Shown piece after piece: positions 25,971 through 40,000 of a stretch of 64,000 nucleotides of DNA (the stretch's first letter is position 1; the number at the start of each line of letters is the position of its first letter). The notes beneath the pieces were generated by a model, which saw nothing but the letters and a program-made list of their open reading frames with translations, was not told where the DNA came from and did not search any database. Position numbers and translations under genes: made by a program. Source of the stretch: Sphagnum compactum. Lineage: Eukaryota. The stretch is taken from positions 25,224,213 to 25,288,212 of the forward strand of contig OZ234493.1 of assembly GCA_965153455.1 (NCBI GenBank). The letters run 5' to 3'.

Positions 25971-27409
25971 CCTCTAGCTCATTTCCTATCAGCCAGTGCT
26001 ATCAGAGTACCTTTGCCACTACCAAAGGTGGATGGATGATGGATGGTGAAAAAGATGGATGATCGGGGCCTATATCCTTTTACAGGCCCAAAATGTGAAT
26101 GTAACATGTTATGTTCCCTTGCCCATTATGCATTGCCTAGCTCACCCTGACAGGCTTGCCGGGTGCATTACCAAGTGTAATGTGCATGGGCGTGACCATT
26201 CCATATTACTACATGGATCATTTCCTATTTTCATTGTTGTTGGTTTGCACTTGCAATTAATTATAATGATAGTTAAGAACAAAACAACATATCACTTGCT
26301 CCCAAAACATTGAATCTTTGTAGAATGTCAAGGTATTGGGATGTTTGAAATAGGCTTTGACAAGAACACTATTGTCTTTGAGAGATTAGATGCAATGCTT
26401 ATGGGTTAAACATACATGGTACTAGAGTTGTAGTGTCCTACATTTGACATTTGGACATGTATGACCAATTTGAGATCAATATACAATTGTCTTTATAGAA
26501 TGCTATCTTGTCTATTTTCATGACTTAATGCAAATCAATGGATTATTTGATTTATGGTTTTGGATATTGAAGCCATGCAATTACAAGTGACTTTTGTTTA
26601 GGATATTCTTATAGCTTGCACAGAATTAAAAAGAAATAATTATTTATTGTGGTCCATCCATCTTAGGCACATGATATGTGTGACAACTACTTATCTCGGA
26701 CATCAAATAATCACTTAAAATTGAAATTAAGGTATTCATTTTAATTTGAACAAATTGTAGTACATACATCATGCTAGAAACGTTGGTAGCCAAACTTAAA
26801 TAGCAAAAGTGTCCCGCTATCAAATGGATGTTGAATAAGCTAAAATGGCCAATTATCCATGGCTATGAGTACAACATAAATGAATTAGCACATCATATAT
26901 TGAAATGTGTTTGATCATCATACTATTGCCTAGGGTTAGCTTCCACATTGACAAAACAAATTATTTTCTTCTTCAAAATTCCATTACATCTTGAAATCAT
27001 CAAAATTTCATGATCTACAATGATTTGTTACTATATTGTCATATGAGTAGGAGTGAAATTATTCATATTGTAGCTTGTGTTAATTATGACAATTTTCAAC
27101 AGTTCAACTTTGTATTTTAACAAAATTTCATGTCTATATTAAAAGGATTTAAATTTTAATGACAAAGCTGACCCTAAGGTAAGGTATTCACTATTATATA
27201 TAGAAATTGGTTGTGAATTGCATCCATTTTGTGGTATTGTGATATTTGAAGACCCAATGCAAAACTAAAATGAAGATGATGATTATTAAATTGAATTAAC
27301 GATGATTATAATTGAATTGGATTGGACTTTCAAATTTTGTTTTAAAGAAAGAATTTTATGCTTGCATTTTATGAACCTATCATCCAAAATTTATTTGAAA
27401 CTTGCTTAA

Positions 27410-29868
27410 AATTTTCATTACTAAATTGAAAAGTGGTTAAATTTTGACTAAATTAAAAAATTTGACTAACCTTGGTTAAACAATGAAATGGTTTCATTGC
27501 GGTTAAAGATCTTTTTTTTGGATCAACCTTGGTTAAACTAAAAAATGACAAAATTTTGGTTTTAAATTTTAAAAATTAATAAATATTGGCTCAATTAAAA
27601 AGTGGCCAAACTTTGGCTAAAGTTATAAAATTGGTTGAACTTTGTATAAACTAAAATTTGGCTAAACCTTGATTAAACATTGATTAAGTTAAAAAATTAC
27701 TAAATTTTGATTAAATTAAGAGTGACTAAACCTTGGGTAAATTAAAACTTGATTAAAACTGAAACTTTGTTAAACCATGAGCCGCCAAAATTGATTAAGT
27801 TAAAACTTGGTTAAATATAGATTAACTAAGATTATGCCTAAATCTAAACCATGTGGCACCTAAACCACACCATATGGCACTTAGTTATGTTAGTTATTAA
27901 CCTAAGCCAAGGCATGTGGCATTTAACATTCCAATAAGTCATAGTTTTGTTGATGTGGGAATTCGATTAAAAAAACCTCCATTATGGTTTTTTTGCCCCT
28001 TGTCCAACTTGACCAAAATGTCATTTTAGACGAATCATTTAAGTCCCAACCATTTTGATTAGGTTTTTTTAGTTGGTTTTTTTATTAAGTTTGTTTTAAT
28101 AAGTTTTTTTGATTGAACCATCATAACAATAATATAATTTGGGCAACGACCAAAAAATATATTATTTGTTTAAAAATTTAAAGTTAATATGGAAATATTA
28201 ATTAATTAATTACATGACCTACCTCCATGCCTAATAATAAACCTAATAATTAATGCCAAAAAAATTATTTATTTACCTACCAGCTTCATGTCCTATGCCT
28301 AAGTTAGGCCACCTAATTTAACCACTTAGGTTAAGCCAAGCCCCCTAGGCTAGGCCAAGTAGTTTAAACTAAGTGGTTTAATAAGCTTTACAACCTAGAC
28401 TTCCTAATTAGGTCATTTAAATGACCAAGGTAGCCTAAGTTGCAAGTGTGGGGATTTGAATTCTTCACCTCCACATCGAGGGGTCAAGTCCTTAACTATT
28501 GCACCACCACCCCATAAGGTGATTTTCTTGAACAACATATTGTAGTTAACATGATTTTGCATCAACATTTTGTAATCAATTTCCATTAAATTTTTTGCAA
28601 CATACTGTATTAAATGAACTTGAATTTTCTTACATTATTTACATAAATAGGTTGGTTATAGGTAAGTTAACCTAGGTAGGTAAGAAATACCTATTAATAA
28701 ATGCATGTACCTAAGTAACATGTATGTTATACTAGGCCTTATAAATATTTAATAGGTTTATGTTTATATATATTTAGTAAGTTACCTATGCTCATATGTT
28801 ATTTAGTAGTCTACGTAGGTACTATTAGCTTATTAATAAACCCAACCTAGGCATATTATGTAGGTAGCCTAGCCTATTAGATAAGTTTAAGTTTAGGTCA
28901 CTTACGTAATAGGCTATCAGGCTACCTATTTAGTAGGCCTAGGTGGCCTAGCTTAGGTTAGCTACATACTTAGCGTAGGCCTACATAGCCTACATTAGGC
29001 TACCTACCTACTTTGTAGGCTTAGGTGGCCTAAACTAAGCTACATACTTAGTAGACCTAAGTGGCTTAGGTTATGCTACTTACCTAGTAAGCCTAGGTGG
29101 CTTATGTTATGTAGTTACCAAGTAAACCTCGATAACATGGGTTAGGCTACCTAGCTAGTAAGCCTAGGTTAGGCTAGGTTATTTACTTAGTTAGTAGGAT
29201 ATGCTACCTATTTACTAGGTTTAGGTGGCCTATGTTATTTACCAAGTAGGCCAAGGCTATGTACCTATAGTAGGCCTAGGCTAGTAGGTTACCTACATGG
29301 CTAATAGGTCTACCTAGTAAGCCTAGGTCACCTAAGATACTTACTTATAAGGTTTACACTACCTAGTATGTTGCTTAATAGTTCATGTTACATCTTAAAT
29401 AACCTATTAGGTAGGTCTAGACTAGGTTAATATTACCTAACAAGTAGCCTACTAACCTATTAGTTATGTTAAGTTAAATAGGTAGTTTAGGCCTAACCTA
29501 ACTTACTACTTATGTTAGGTTAAGTAGATAGCCTAAGCTTGACAAATAGGTTAAGCCATCAATGAATATGGCTCATTTAATTAAGTGTCAAATCATAATG
29601 GTTAATTTGATTGAGGGTCAAATTAGGATGATCAATTTGACTAAACCCTATTGATTCAATATAAAACATGGTCATTTTGATGTACATTTGTCCATTTTGA
29701 TAGATTTTTGGCTTGACATTTGGTCAAAATGGTCATTTTAATCAAGTGTACTTGTTAAATGTAACATGTTTTTTATGCCAAACCTTTAGTCAAAATGGAC
29801 ATACCTTTTGGTCAATGTGAATATTTTGATCAAGTTAGCTTTTAAGAAAGTTGTGATTTCTTGTGGTG
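27410..29868. repeat. Composite low-complexity satellite (ttggttaaa and taggctaggt units) ending in a CACTA-like terminus
   Basis: 27410-27900 ttggttaaa/ttgattaaa units; 28200-29560 taggc/accta units; 29570-29820 ggtcaaaat/ggtcatttt subterminal-like repeats; ttgtggtg at 29861-29868. Confidence 0.6.
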
Positions 29869-31193
29869 TAAGTTAAATAGGTAGATAACATAAATATATA
29901 TAAACTATACATTTATACTTTTAATGCATAATTATATATACATAATATGCCATACATACAAGCTAAATATGATTATGATATAGTTATACAAACATACCCC
30001 TAATTATGCACTTAATAAATTTTAGTATATCCTTTGAAGCTAAGTCCACCCCATAGTTATGCGATTAATTTTGATCATTATTATAACTATTAACGGGACA
30101 TATAGGCCTCATCTTAAATGAAAACCATATTATAAACTGTCCATATGGAAGGATAAAAATATATATATATATTAGTTACAACATAATCACAAAAATGACC
30201 AAAACTAGTCACATGTAATCATAAATAAAGTGGTTACATATGACAATATATATTTTAATGTATTTACCTACCATTGTAATCTTATTTTTGAAAATAATTA
30301 AAATAATTAATTTAATTTAATTTAATCAATCTTATTTTAATTGCCCCAATAGTCAAAATGGTGAGTGAAAGATGATCACAAAATCACATGTTAAAATTGA
30401 TTTATCCAAAATGATAGGGGGGTTTTGTTTACGTTTGTCTAAATGGGGCATTTTGTGATTAAAATTTTCAGTCAAAGAAACCTTGTTTTCTACTAGTGAC
30501 ATTGGGATTGCCAAAAGATGTAGCATTGAAAAAATCATTAAAGGAAATGAAGCCAAGTTACACAAAGAAACATCCCAATAATCAACTTCTTCCCATACAT
30601 TTGTATGAGTTTTGTAAATAAATGGTTGATGAAGAGTTCATCCAAGAGCAGTCATATAATGAAAAAAAATGACTATCGGAAAAAAATTTGAATTTGAAAT
30701 GCGTTGCTTGAAAAAGTGATTTTAAATCTAGGCTACAAGTTATAAATCACCTTAGGTTGTAAGGTTTAGGTTTAACAACTAAGTTATTGCTACATCATGT
30801 TAACTTTAAACCCCATCTACTTGACAATTTCTTCAACTCTTTTGGACAAATTTGTCAAAAAAACAAATGTGAACAAAAACTCCCTCAAATTACAAAACAA
30901 ACGAGGACACATGAGGAGGAAGCTTGAGGGGGTGAGAGTCTTGCAAAAGGAGGTGCAATGACTCCATAGACATTTAAGGGTTATGGGTTACAAGCTTTGA
31001 AGTACTAGAACTGTTAAAGCTTTTCCATTTTGAATCTTGGGAGGAAAGAGGAAAGTGGGGAAGAGAGAGAGAGAGAGTGTCCACAACAGACACCCAGGTA
31101 ACACCCTTTAGACTAGAAGAGTAGAAAATATTCCACCTTCAGAAATTGCTTCCTAGATCTAAGTAGGTAATGGCAAATTCAGACACTTATAAT

Positions 31194-31404
31194 GGTGCAT
31201 TCACACTTGATGTTAACTCAGTGTTAAATGAGAATCCAAGTGGCATCCTAGGTGGCACCCAATGTTAAATGGATCATAGCTCAATGTTAAGTGAATGCTA
31301 GCTTAACATAAAGCTATCAGGGCAACTAGGTTTAAGTCCTAAATGGCTAGCATGATGTTACCAGACTCGACCCTAGAGTCGGTAATACCAAGTGTGAATG
31401 CACC
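31194..31404. mobile_element. MITE with 16-bp perfect TIRs
   Basis: ggtgcattcacacttg (31194-31209) and caagtgtgaatgcacc (31389-31404), with TAA/TTA-like flanks (Tourist/PIF-like, inferred). Confidence 0.75.
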
Positions 31405-31514
31405 TTTATCATCAGATTGTGTAATTCACTTGAAGGAAATTCATAAGTTTATTTGGCCTGCAGTGGACCAGCACCCACCAGCGCACCATCCATTGGATGC
31501 TTTTTATTACTCAG

Positions 31515-32121
31515 TTGTGGATGAACCTCAACTGAGTTAATATTTGGTTTCACCTTGGTAACCCTAGGAAGTAGCTCTCATATATAGGTAGGAAAATAGG
31601 TAACTACTAGATAATTGGATGGTTTATACATAGGTAAGGGCTGTTTTTACTACCTACCTACTAACAACCCATAAGCAGGTTGTTAGTAGGTACGTAAGTA
31701 GGTAGAGGAAAAAAACAACTGAGCTAAACACCATGGACTGGAACCCAACAGAAAACTTTTTCCTGACCACTTACCATTCATCCTTATGGTGCACTGGTAA
31801 GTGCCAGCCATAGTGAACTGGCACCCACCAGCGCACCATGCAGGATGGATGGTAAGTGGTCAGGATACAGTTTTCTGTTGGGTTCCAGTTCCCTAGTTAA
31901 CCATGGTGGTTAGTTGAGTTGCTTTTTTTTTACTACTTACCTACTTACAACCCGCTAGCAGGTTGTTAGTAGGTAGGTAGTAAAAACAGCCCTTACCTAT
32001 GTATAAACAATCTACTTACCTGGTAGTTATCTATTTTCCTACCTGTATAGGAGACCTATTTCTTACATAATTGATTACCAAGGTGAAACCATATACTAAC
32101 TCAGTTGAGGTTCATCCACAA
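31515..32121. repeat. ~607-bp foldback (long imperfect inverted repeat)
   Basis: ttgtggatgaacctcaactgagtta...taactcagttgaggttcatccacaa. Internal arms also pair, e.g. tttatacataggtaagggctgtttttactacctacctactaacaacc vs ggttgttagtaggtaggtagtaaaaacagcccttacctatgtataaa. Centre ~31810. Confidence 0.95.
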
Positions 32122-33070
32122 TCAATCCCTGCATTACCTGACGGAAAGATGGAGCTCATTCCGCATTTCGTACTGTTGGAAATTACAGAATGCTAATTTC
32201 TTTCTGTAGGGACGGACCCACCCTAGGCGTGTTTCACAAAATGGAATGCCCACTTGCAAGGTCAGAATGACCTATGAAACTAAATGGCAGAGATACAGGT
32301 CCAAGGGGGGTTATTGCGTCACAAGAAGGCCGCCTCTGACCTCCTAACATACATACGAGGAGCTGCTCGTCAACTCTATGGCTGAAATTGATCTCAAACA
32401 ACAGTCTATATAGAGTAGAATTGTTCCGTCACAAAATGGGGGAACTTAAAAAAAATTACAAAATGTTCACCCACTTTGTGGAGGGACAATTTGAATTTTT
32501 CAAAATCCTTGAAACACCCTTGCCCACCTGGTTTTGACGGGCATTCAACACCCCAGTCCTTGGGCATTACCTTACACAAAATGTTCGTGCCCCACGGAAA
32601 TTACCTTATGCAGAACCTCTCCCGCACTAGCTTGGAGCAAGAGGTTTCTTACAATGGCTCAAATCTATAATACAATGGTGTGTAATACAATGTGTAATAA
32701 AGTTATCCGTAAAGTCAGGCGATTAGGGGGCGAGAATGGCCAGTTTCGGCATGATAGGGCATCAAATGCTTAACTGGGAATGAAATTTTAGAAAACGAAA
32801 GAGAACTGGGACCCAAACTAGCTTTTCCACCAATTTTGGTGCTAAGCTCAGTTTCATCCCCTCTTTCCTTTTTCCTGAGCGCCTCCACTGCTGCTCCGGC
32901 TCTTACATGTACAACTACTATAATCACTCTCGAACCTTGTGCATTAAATGCTGAGTTTCAGCATTTCATACTGAGATTTCATAAAATTTCATTACTTTGC
33001 GGGTACCACTGGAGGAGGGGATAGGAGGTGAAAGAGAGGGTGACTTTAAGGATAAACTTTAATATTGCAG

Positions 33071-33184
33071 ATTTGTATTACACGATGGTTATCATTACCT
33101 ATTCAACACATTTTAGCCTTTGTTTTTGCAGATAATATTACCAAGGCTAAAATGTGTTGTTTAGGTGATGATAACCATACAAAT
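33071..33184. repeat. ~115-bp hairpin/inverted repeat upstream of the AP-2 alpha gene
   Basis: atggttatcattacctattcaacacattttagcctt (from 33085) pairs with aaggctaaaatgtgttgtttaggtgatgataaccat (to 33178). Confidence 0.85.
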
Positions 33185-33473
33185 TTACCCCGTGGGTAGG
33201 CAAAAACTCTATACTGCAGTCAGTATCTTGACAGCTTTGACTCATGACTGTTGAATAATTAATTAATTTTGAAATTGTCATTTCGACAAATCGAATATAC
33301 TTGAAGATTCAATATTTTCCTTCACAAGTTTTGGTGATTTGAGGTTTTTTTTTGGGGTTGAAAATTTCAACATTTCTGAAAATAATAGAATTAGTGTTGA
33401 AGCTGCCAAGGAAGTAGGGTACTACCCTCACAACACTGGTTTGCTGCAAATGAGCTTCGACCACTGTGCAGGT

Positions 33474-33610
33474 GTGGGACTGACCTTGTGGTAAAGGTCC
33501 CACCTGGCACTCCTGTGGTAAGGTGGGAACAGGCAGGTGGGACCAATTTGGGAGGAGTGAGGTTCCTGATTGGTCCCTTTAGTGGGACCTAAACCTCTGT
33601 GGTGGGAGTC
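33474..33610. promoter_or_regulatory. Cluster of GTGGGACC/GGTCCCAC (TCP-type) motifs in the AP-2 alpha promoter
   Basis: gtgggac 33474, ggtcccac 33496, gtgggaac 33523, gtgggacc 33537 and 33582, within ~140 bp and ~500 bp upstream of the ATG. Confidence 0.55.
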
Positions 33611-34063
33611 AGTGTAGGAACCCAGTAATGGCAGGGGCCTAGCTGTAGGTACCTACCTACATGCCCTACTAGGTACATGCCCTATAACTGAGACTGAGCA
33701 CATGTCAGAAGAAGAAGAAGAAGAGAAGGAAATTCTGGCTTTCTTCCGTCTTCGCTGCACGGCAGACTTTGGTTCCGGAAGGGGAGCCGAAGAGAGCACC
33801 AGATTGTGCACGCCACACCAACATCTGTGCCACAATAGCGATAGGATCTTGACCTCTGCACTCTCCTATTCATGCTCGTTTTTATTCCAGCCGATTCCTG
33901 CGGCTGGTTGCGGAGATTTTAGCGGTCAAAGGCGGTAAGTTAAGTAAGCAGAAGAGGAGGGGGAAGAGGAGGAGGAGGAGAGGTTGGTGGTGGCTGTGGA
34001 GAACAAGGGCGGAGGAGGAGACGAGAGTTGTAAGGTTTGTTACACCATTTGCGCAGGTGAGCG

Positions 34064-37000
34064 ATGGCTCTGTCTGGCATGCGGGGGTTGTCCGTGTTCA
34101 TCAGCGATGTGCGCAATTGCCAGAACAAGGAGCAGGAGCGTGTGCGTGTCGACAAGGAGCTCGCTAATATCCGCACTCGCTTTAAAAATCAGCGGGTACT
34201 TGTGAAGAATACCCTCCTTCTTCTTCTTGATTTTTGTTGCCTAGATCCAATATCGGGCGGAAATGATGAATGGTCTTCTTACTGCTGCCGCTGCAAGAAT
34301 GAAACACAAAAATGAGATCATGGTTGTTTCTTGCTTACTTACTCAGCCTTTTTGTGCTCTTTTGATTTAGACCCGGGGACGTTTTTTGGTTCTCCTGTTT
34401 TGTGGTACGATCTCCCAAGTGGATGATGCAGCACTGCTGTGGAATAGGGTTCTTTGTGGGTGAAGTTGATTAGGATGTGCAACAAGGAAGTTTTTTTATG
34501 TGATCTTGTGGCATGCAATGCAACCCTTTGGATACCACTTGGTGTCTAGGGTATTGTGGTTGGGGAATGATGATATTTTCATCTCTTCTGTACATGTTTC
34601 CAATGTTGTTATGAGACACAGAGATGATGAGGTTTAGAAATGTTCAGTTTGAATCGCCAAGCAAAAACGTTTGGTGATAATGATCCAGTTCTTTATGGAC
34701 ACCCAGCAATGATCCGGTGATGCCCCATTGATTCACTGATCACTTGTAGTCACAGATTGTGAACTGCAACTGCACCATTTGGTGTTGTACTGTAGCCCTA
34801 ATATTGTGAAGAATGAGAGAGAGAGTGTGTGTGTGCATTGAAGGCATTGAGTATCTCAAGAGGTAGTTTCATGGAGAAAGTTTGGATTGAAGAGAGGGAG
34901 GTCAGTGAGGAACTGTGGCACTGAAATGGCCACTGGTGGCCTGAATGAGGTTGGCTTAGGGTTTCTTTTGTTATTCTGCTGAAGAGTTTATTTTTGCTCC
35001 CATGTTTTGTGTCTATTTAGCAGGGCCTCACACCATATGAAAAGAAGAAGTATGTCTGGAAGATGCTTTACATCTACATGCTTGGCTACGATGTGGACTT
35101 TGGACACATGGAAACAGTGGCTCTCATTTCAGCTCCCAAGTATGCAGAGAAGCAGGTTTGCTTTCTATGATACAAACCATTGCTTTTTGTGATACCTTAC
35201 CTCTTCCAAGAACATGATGAGCAATTGAGTACACTTGTTAACTGCTTTGTGCTCATGAAGTTGGCCTTAAGGGTTTCATTGAAGAATTGTTTGCAGCTTT
35301 TGTGCATTCTCAATGGAGTTTGTTAGATTAGTTCCAGTGACTTGGGGGTAGAAATTGCCAAGATTTAAAGGTGATGAGATGTGATCACCTTCTCAAATGG
35401 AGGATTAGGGTTTAAGACCTGATGGACACTGGGGAGCAGGTTGGCTATATTGTAACATCATGCCTGCTGAATGAGAATCACGATTTTCTGAGATTGGTCA
35501 TCAACACTGTACGCAATGACATAATTGGACGCAATGAGACATTTCAATGTCTGGCTTTAACTATGGTTTGTTTCCCTTCTCTTTTTCTATTTTGCTCATC
35601 CAACTGGTTTGCATGGTATTTTGCGAGCAAGTTTTTGTTATTGAATGCCATTCAAGAGCATGAGGGTCAAGACCATCAAAGCTGTTTTCACTGTTCACCT
35701 CATTCTCTCTAACAAAAGTCATTTTTGTTTGATGGTTAAGGTTGGGAATGTTGGTGGGAGGGAGTTCTCGGAGTCATTGGCACCAGATGTGCAAAAGTTG
35801 CTGGTAAGAGTTTGAAGACATCCTGGAAGTATGTTTGCCATGGGTGACTAACTCCATGCTGTATGTCAGGCTGCATGTAATGGCAACTCGCCACATGCAT
35901 TCATTATGAAGCCGATGGTTTGATAGTTTTTGCTTCAGACTCACATGGTTGTGACTGCACTCTTTCTTGTCAAGTGTGTTCTGTCCATTTGCTGGAATTG
36001 GCACAAAAGTTAGCTTCAAAGTGTTTTTGTGCTGTTTTCTGTGCTATCTCATCAGTATATACTCTTTGTGTTATGGAGTGACCAAGCCATGAGAAGGACA
36101 GATTGAGGACATTTGAATAGAATGAGATTGATATATATTTAGTCTGAGAGCAGGTTACACTTGCCCATGGTCCCAAACAGAATGATGTGGTGGAGTAGAC
36201 TTGTGGTGGCAATAGCACTGTCATATAGTGTTTCACTTTGTGGCAAAGGGGTCATGTGCCAGGTTTCCAACACTTGCAGACCGCTGGTGCGCAAGAAGGC
36301 AGCACTGTGCCTGCTTCGACTATATCGCAAAAATCCTGATGTAGTCAATGTTGAAGGCTGGTGAGTTGCTGGATCCCATGAAAGCTATATCATTTTCACT
36401 GGCATGTTTGTACAAGTGCAGAAATGATGTCTCATGTGAACACAGTTGGATGTCAATCTGTAGGCTGAAAATTTCAAAACACTTTGATTCTTTGAGCAGG
36501 TCTTGTTTTTGCTGGAGGTTGTAGGTATATTTGTGATTAAGTTGGATTAAGGATACAACCAAGAGATTGTTCATATCTATTGTGTCTACACCCACTGTTG
36601 GGAGCTGATGAACTCAGTGGGTAGTCATGGCAGCTCGTCACTGCCGTTCGTGATGAAGATGATGGTCTGTCACTTTGTGAGCGACTCTCATGAGGTTATG
36701 ACTGCACTCATTGTCGTGTTACCTTTAATTGTTGTTGTGGAGATTTCTCTGCAACTTCATTGATCATTGTTCATATCTATTGTGTCTGCCATCTGTGTTT
36801 GCATGAACTGTCTTATGGATGTATGTCCTCTTTTCCCTTGCTTGTGTATTTTGTGCAATCTCTGATTTCAAATCTGGCACCTGGAACTCTGTATTTTGTG
36901 TATGTTTTGGCTAAATGTCAGAGTTACTATCTGGCTCATCTTCATTAGACTATCACAATTCCATTACTGTACTCTGTCATTTGTTAATTTGTCTCTGTTC

Positions 37001-40000
37001 TCTGTTGCTTTAAGTATCTATATTGTTTGGGAATTTCTCTTTGACTGCTTCTAGACTTTCTTTTGCATCTGGATTGTATCTTGAGATTCTTGGTTCTTGT
37101 TTTCATGGGTTTTGTATCTCTATGCTCATGTAGATAGAGTGTTTATGATTGGTTCTACCTTGATCATCATAAGAAATAAGATGTACAACATGACAGTGAC
37201 AGTGGGGTCCTGGATAACAGGTCACAACAAATGGTGCAGTTGCTGGATGAGCGTGACCTTGGGGTTCTAACTGCTGTAATGAGTCTACTAGTGGCGCTGG
37301 TAGCAAGCAATCCAGATGGTTACTGGAGTTGTCTCCCCAAGTGTGTACACATACTGGAACGCCTCACCAGGAGTCAAGACATTTTGCAAGAATATACTTA
37401 TTATGGCATCCCATCTCCTTGGCTGCAGGTGAATCCAATGTCACAATAAAATGGTAAATTCTTGAGGATCCTGAAGTCAAATCTTGTTGGAAAGGTCACT
37501 GCCTACACAGCCTTTATGGCTTCTGGTGTAGCTGTTGAGAAAACACTCTAGTCAGGTCTTTACCAGCTCTGGTGACTGCACATACTGGGACTTCTGTTTG
37601 ATGTCTAATTGATGAGGAGATATATGCAGCTCATCTGCCAGCAGCCATCAATTGTGTGATGAATGGATGTGTAAGGTCTGATCTGACATTTTGGATGTTT
37701 TGATGGGAGCAGGTGAAAACCATGAGGGTGCTACAATACTTTCCAGTGGTTGAGGACCCCAATGTCAGAAGGGGCTTGTTTGATGTGAGTCACATCTTCC
37801 TAGCACTCTCTACACACCTTGAGTTCATGCTATGTGAATGAAACAAAACTGCACTCACAAGCTTGCAAAACGAGTATGCTCTCTGGTGATGTGTTGTATG
37901 ATTTATTCCAACAAGATGGGAATGGGACATTGCTAACTATTGGATGTTGGATTTCACAAGTTGTCTTGTTAGCTGGTGAAATCAATTTATCAACCATTAT
38001 ACGGCTGGACACTGATTTTCATGCTTGCACTTTTGCTTCATTGACTCATGCCAGCTGATGTATTGAATTAGGGGATTGTTGCAAGGTCAGGAGTAGCTAG
38101 TGACAAACTCATAGCCATCCACATACTCACAACAATTAAGTTTCCTTTCTTCCAGTGATGTCACTGTCCAAAAACTTCATTATCAATCAGCTGTCAGAGA
38201 TCACCCCTCTGTCCAACTATTATCTAGTTAATCTGGTGTCCTGTTAAATGAGTTAGTCTATTTATGGGTGAGGTGTCACTGCCAGTTCACTGGATGCAGA
38301 TTGAGGTTGAGATAATTGAGACATGGATTGTTGCAGGTTCTACAACGCATTTTGGTGGGTACTGATGTGGTGAAGAATGTCAACAAAAACAATGCCTCAC
38401 ATGCAGTGCTCTTTGAGGCCATTGCACTGGTGCATACCTATTTTATCTCTTGGGTTTTAATGAACATTCATTCATCATGCTGTGAGTAGACTGGGGTACA
38501 GGCTGATGTCTGTTGACTATATGCTTCTTGTTTATGTATCAATGATACTAGTGGGCTTACAAGAATCATTCTTTGAGAGGGAAGTCCCTACAAAATTGAT
38601 GACTGAGGGTAAAAGCTCAAAGTTTTAACATCTAGCAAAACTGAAGCTTCATTGGATTTGGGTTCCTTCAGGGCATCTTGTCAAGCATGATGTGGTTTCA
38701 TGACTGAATGTCTACAGCAGTACATGATGCGATTGTTAAAGATCTATTGCAAATTTGCAAATGTACCTGGATGGGCCTTGTTTTGGGTGACAGGTGATGC
38801 ACCTGGATGCAGACAAGGAGATGATGTCCCAATGTGTGGCATTGCTGGGCAAGTTTGTTGCAGTACGCGAGCCCAATATTCGGTATCTTGGCTTGGTTTG
38901 TTCTTCTTAGCCCCTTCTTCCTGATAACATTCATGGTGTAAAACAGATGTCCAGTTTTATTGTGTGTGGGTGGGATATAATGTCACACAGTAGGATTGAC
39001 TTTTTACATTATAAAGTGGGCTGCATCAGTGGAGTATTGGCCTTCTAATAGTGGGTGCAGGAGAAGCTTACATATTCATATGAATTTTTTGTTTGCAGGA
39101 AAACATGACACGGATGCTATTAGTTGCAGATGTGAATGAAAGCATCAAGAAGCATCAAGCACACATCATATCCTCTCTCAAAGACCCTGATATCAGGTAT
39201 ATTTCTCTTGGTCCTGCCAATGAGGTGTTTGAAAGGACAGAAGAGGGCATGAAGCAGTCATGGAATTGGTGAAAAACTGCTTGATTCCTTAGCATGGGAG
39301 TTGCAAGAGATTGGGGATTTTTCCAATATCAAAGACCTTCACAATCCCCAACATGGAGAGGGGTTTTTCAGACTTGAATAACAGGACATTGCTTAAGTTT
39401 AATGTGGTTGGGAGGGGGGACAGTATCCGGAGGCGGTCGCTTGATTTGCTATATGGCATGTGTGACATCAGCAATGCTAAGGATATTGTAGAAGAGCTGT
39501 TGCAGGTCTCACACCTGTTCCTACTTGAGATTCAATTGGTGATGCATTTGCAATGAAACAACAATTGGTGATGCTAGGGGAGCTTCATTATCTTTTCGCA
39601 TTCTTTCTATACTGATTGTTTCCAGGGCCTATTTTGCAGTATCTGACGACAGCAGATTTTGGCATTCGTGAAGAGCTTGCACTGAAAGCTGCTATTCTTG
39701 CAGAAAAGTTTGCCCCAAATCTTGCATGGTATGGCCGCTTCCTCTTGCACAAAGTTTCAGAGTATCTCTTCACTGAAGAGATTGAGGCCAAACTTTTGTG
39801 CCAACTGGACTCAGTTCTTAGAACAACCAGAACATCAATCAGTAACATATTCCTCAGAACTAGCACGCAGTAACATTGTGATTTGACCATTTTGCTGTCT
39901 TCTTCCTTTTGGGGAAAAATGTTGCTTGCAGGTATGTGGAAGTTATACTACAGCTGATTGAGAAAGCTGGTGACTTTGTGAGCGATGACATTTGGTATCG

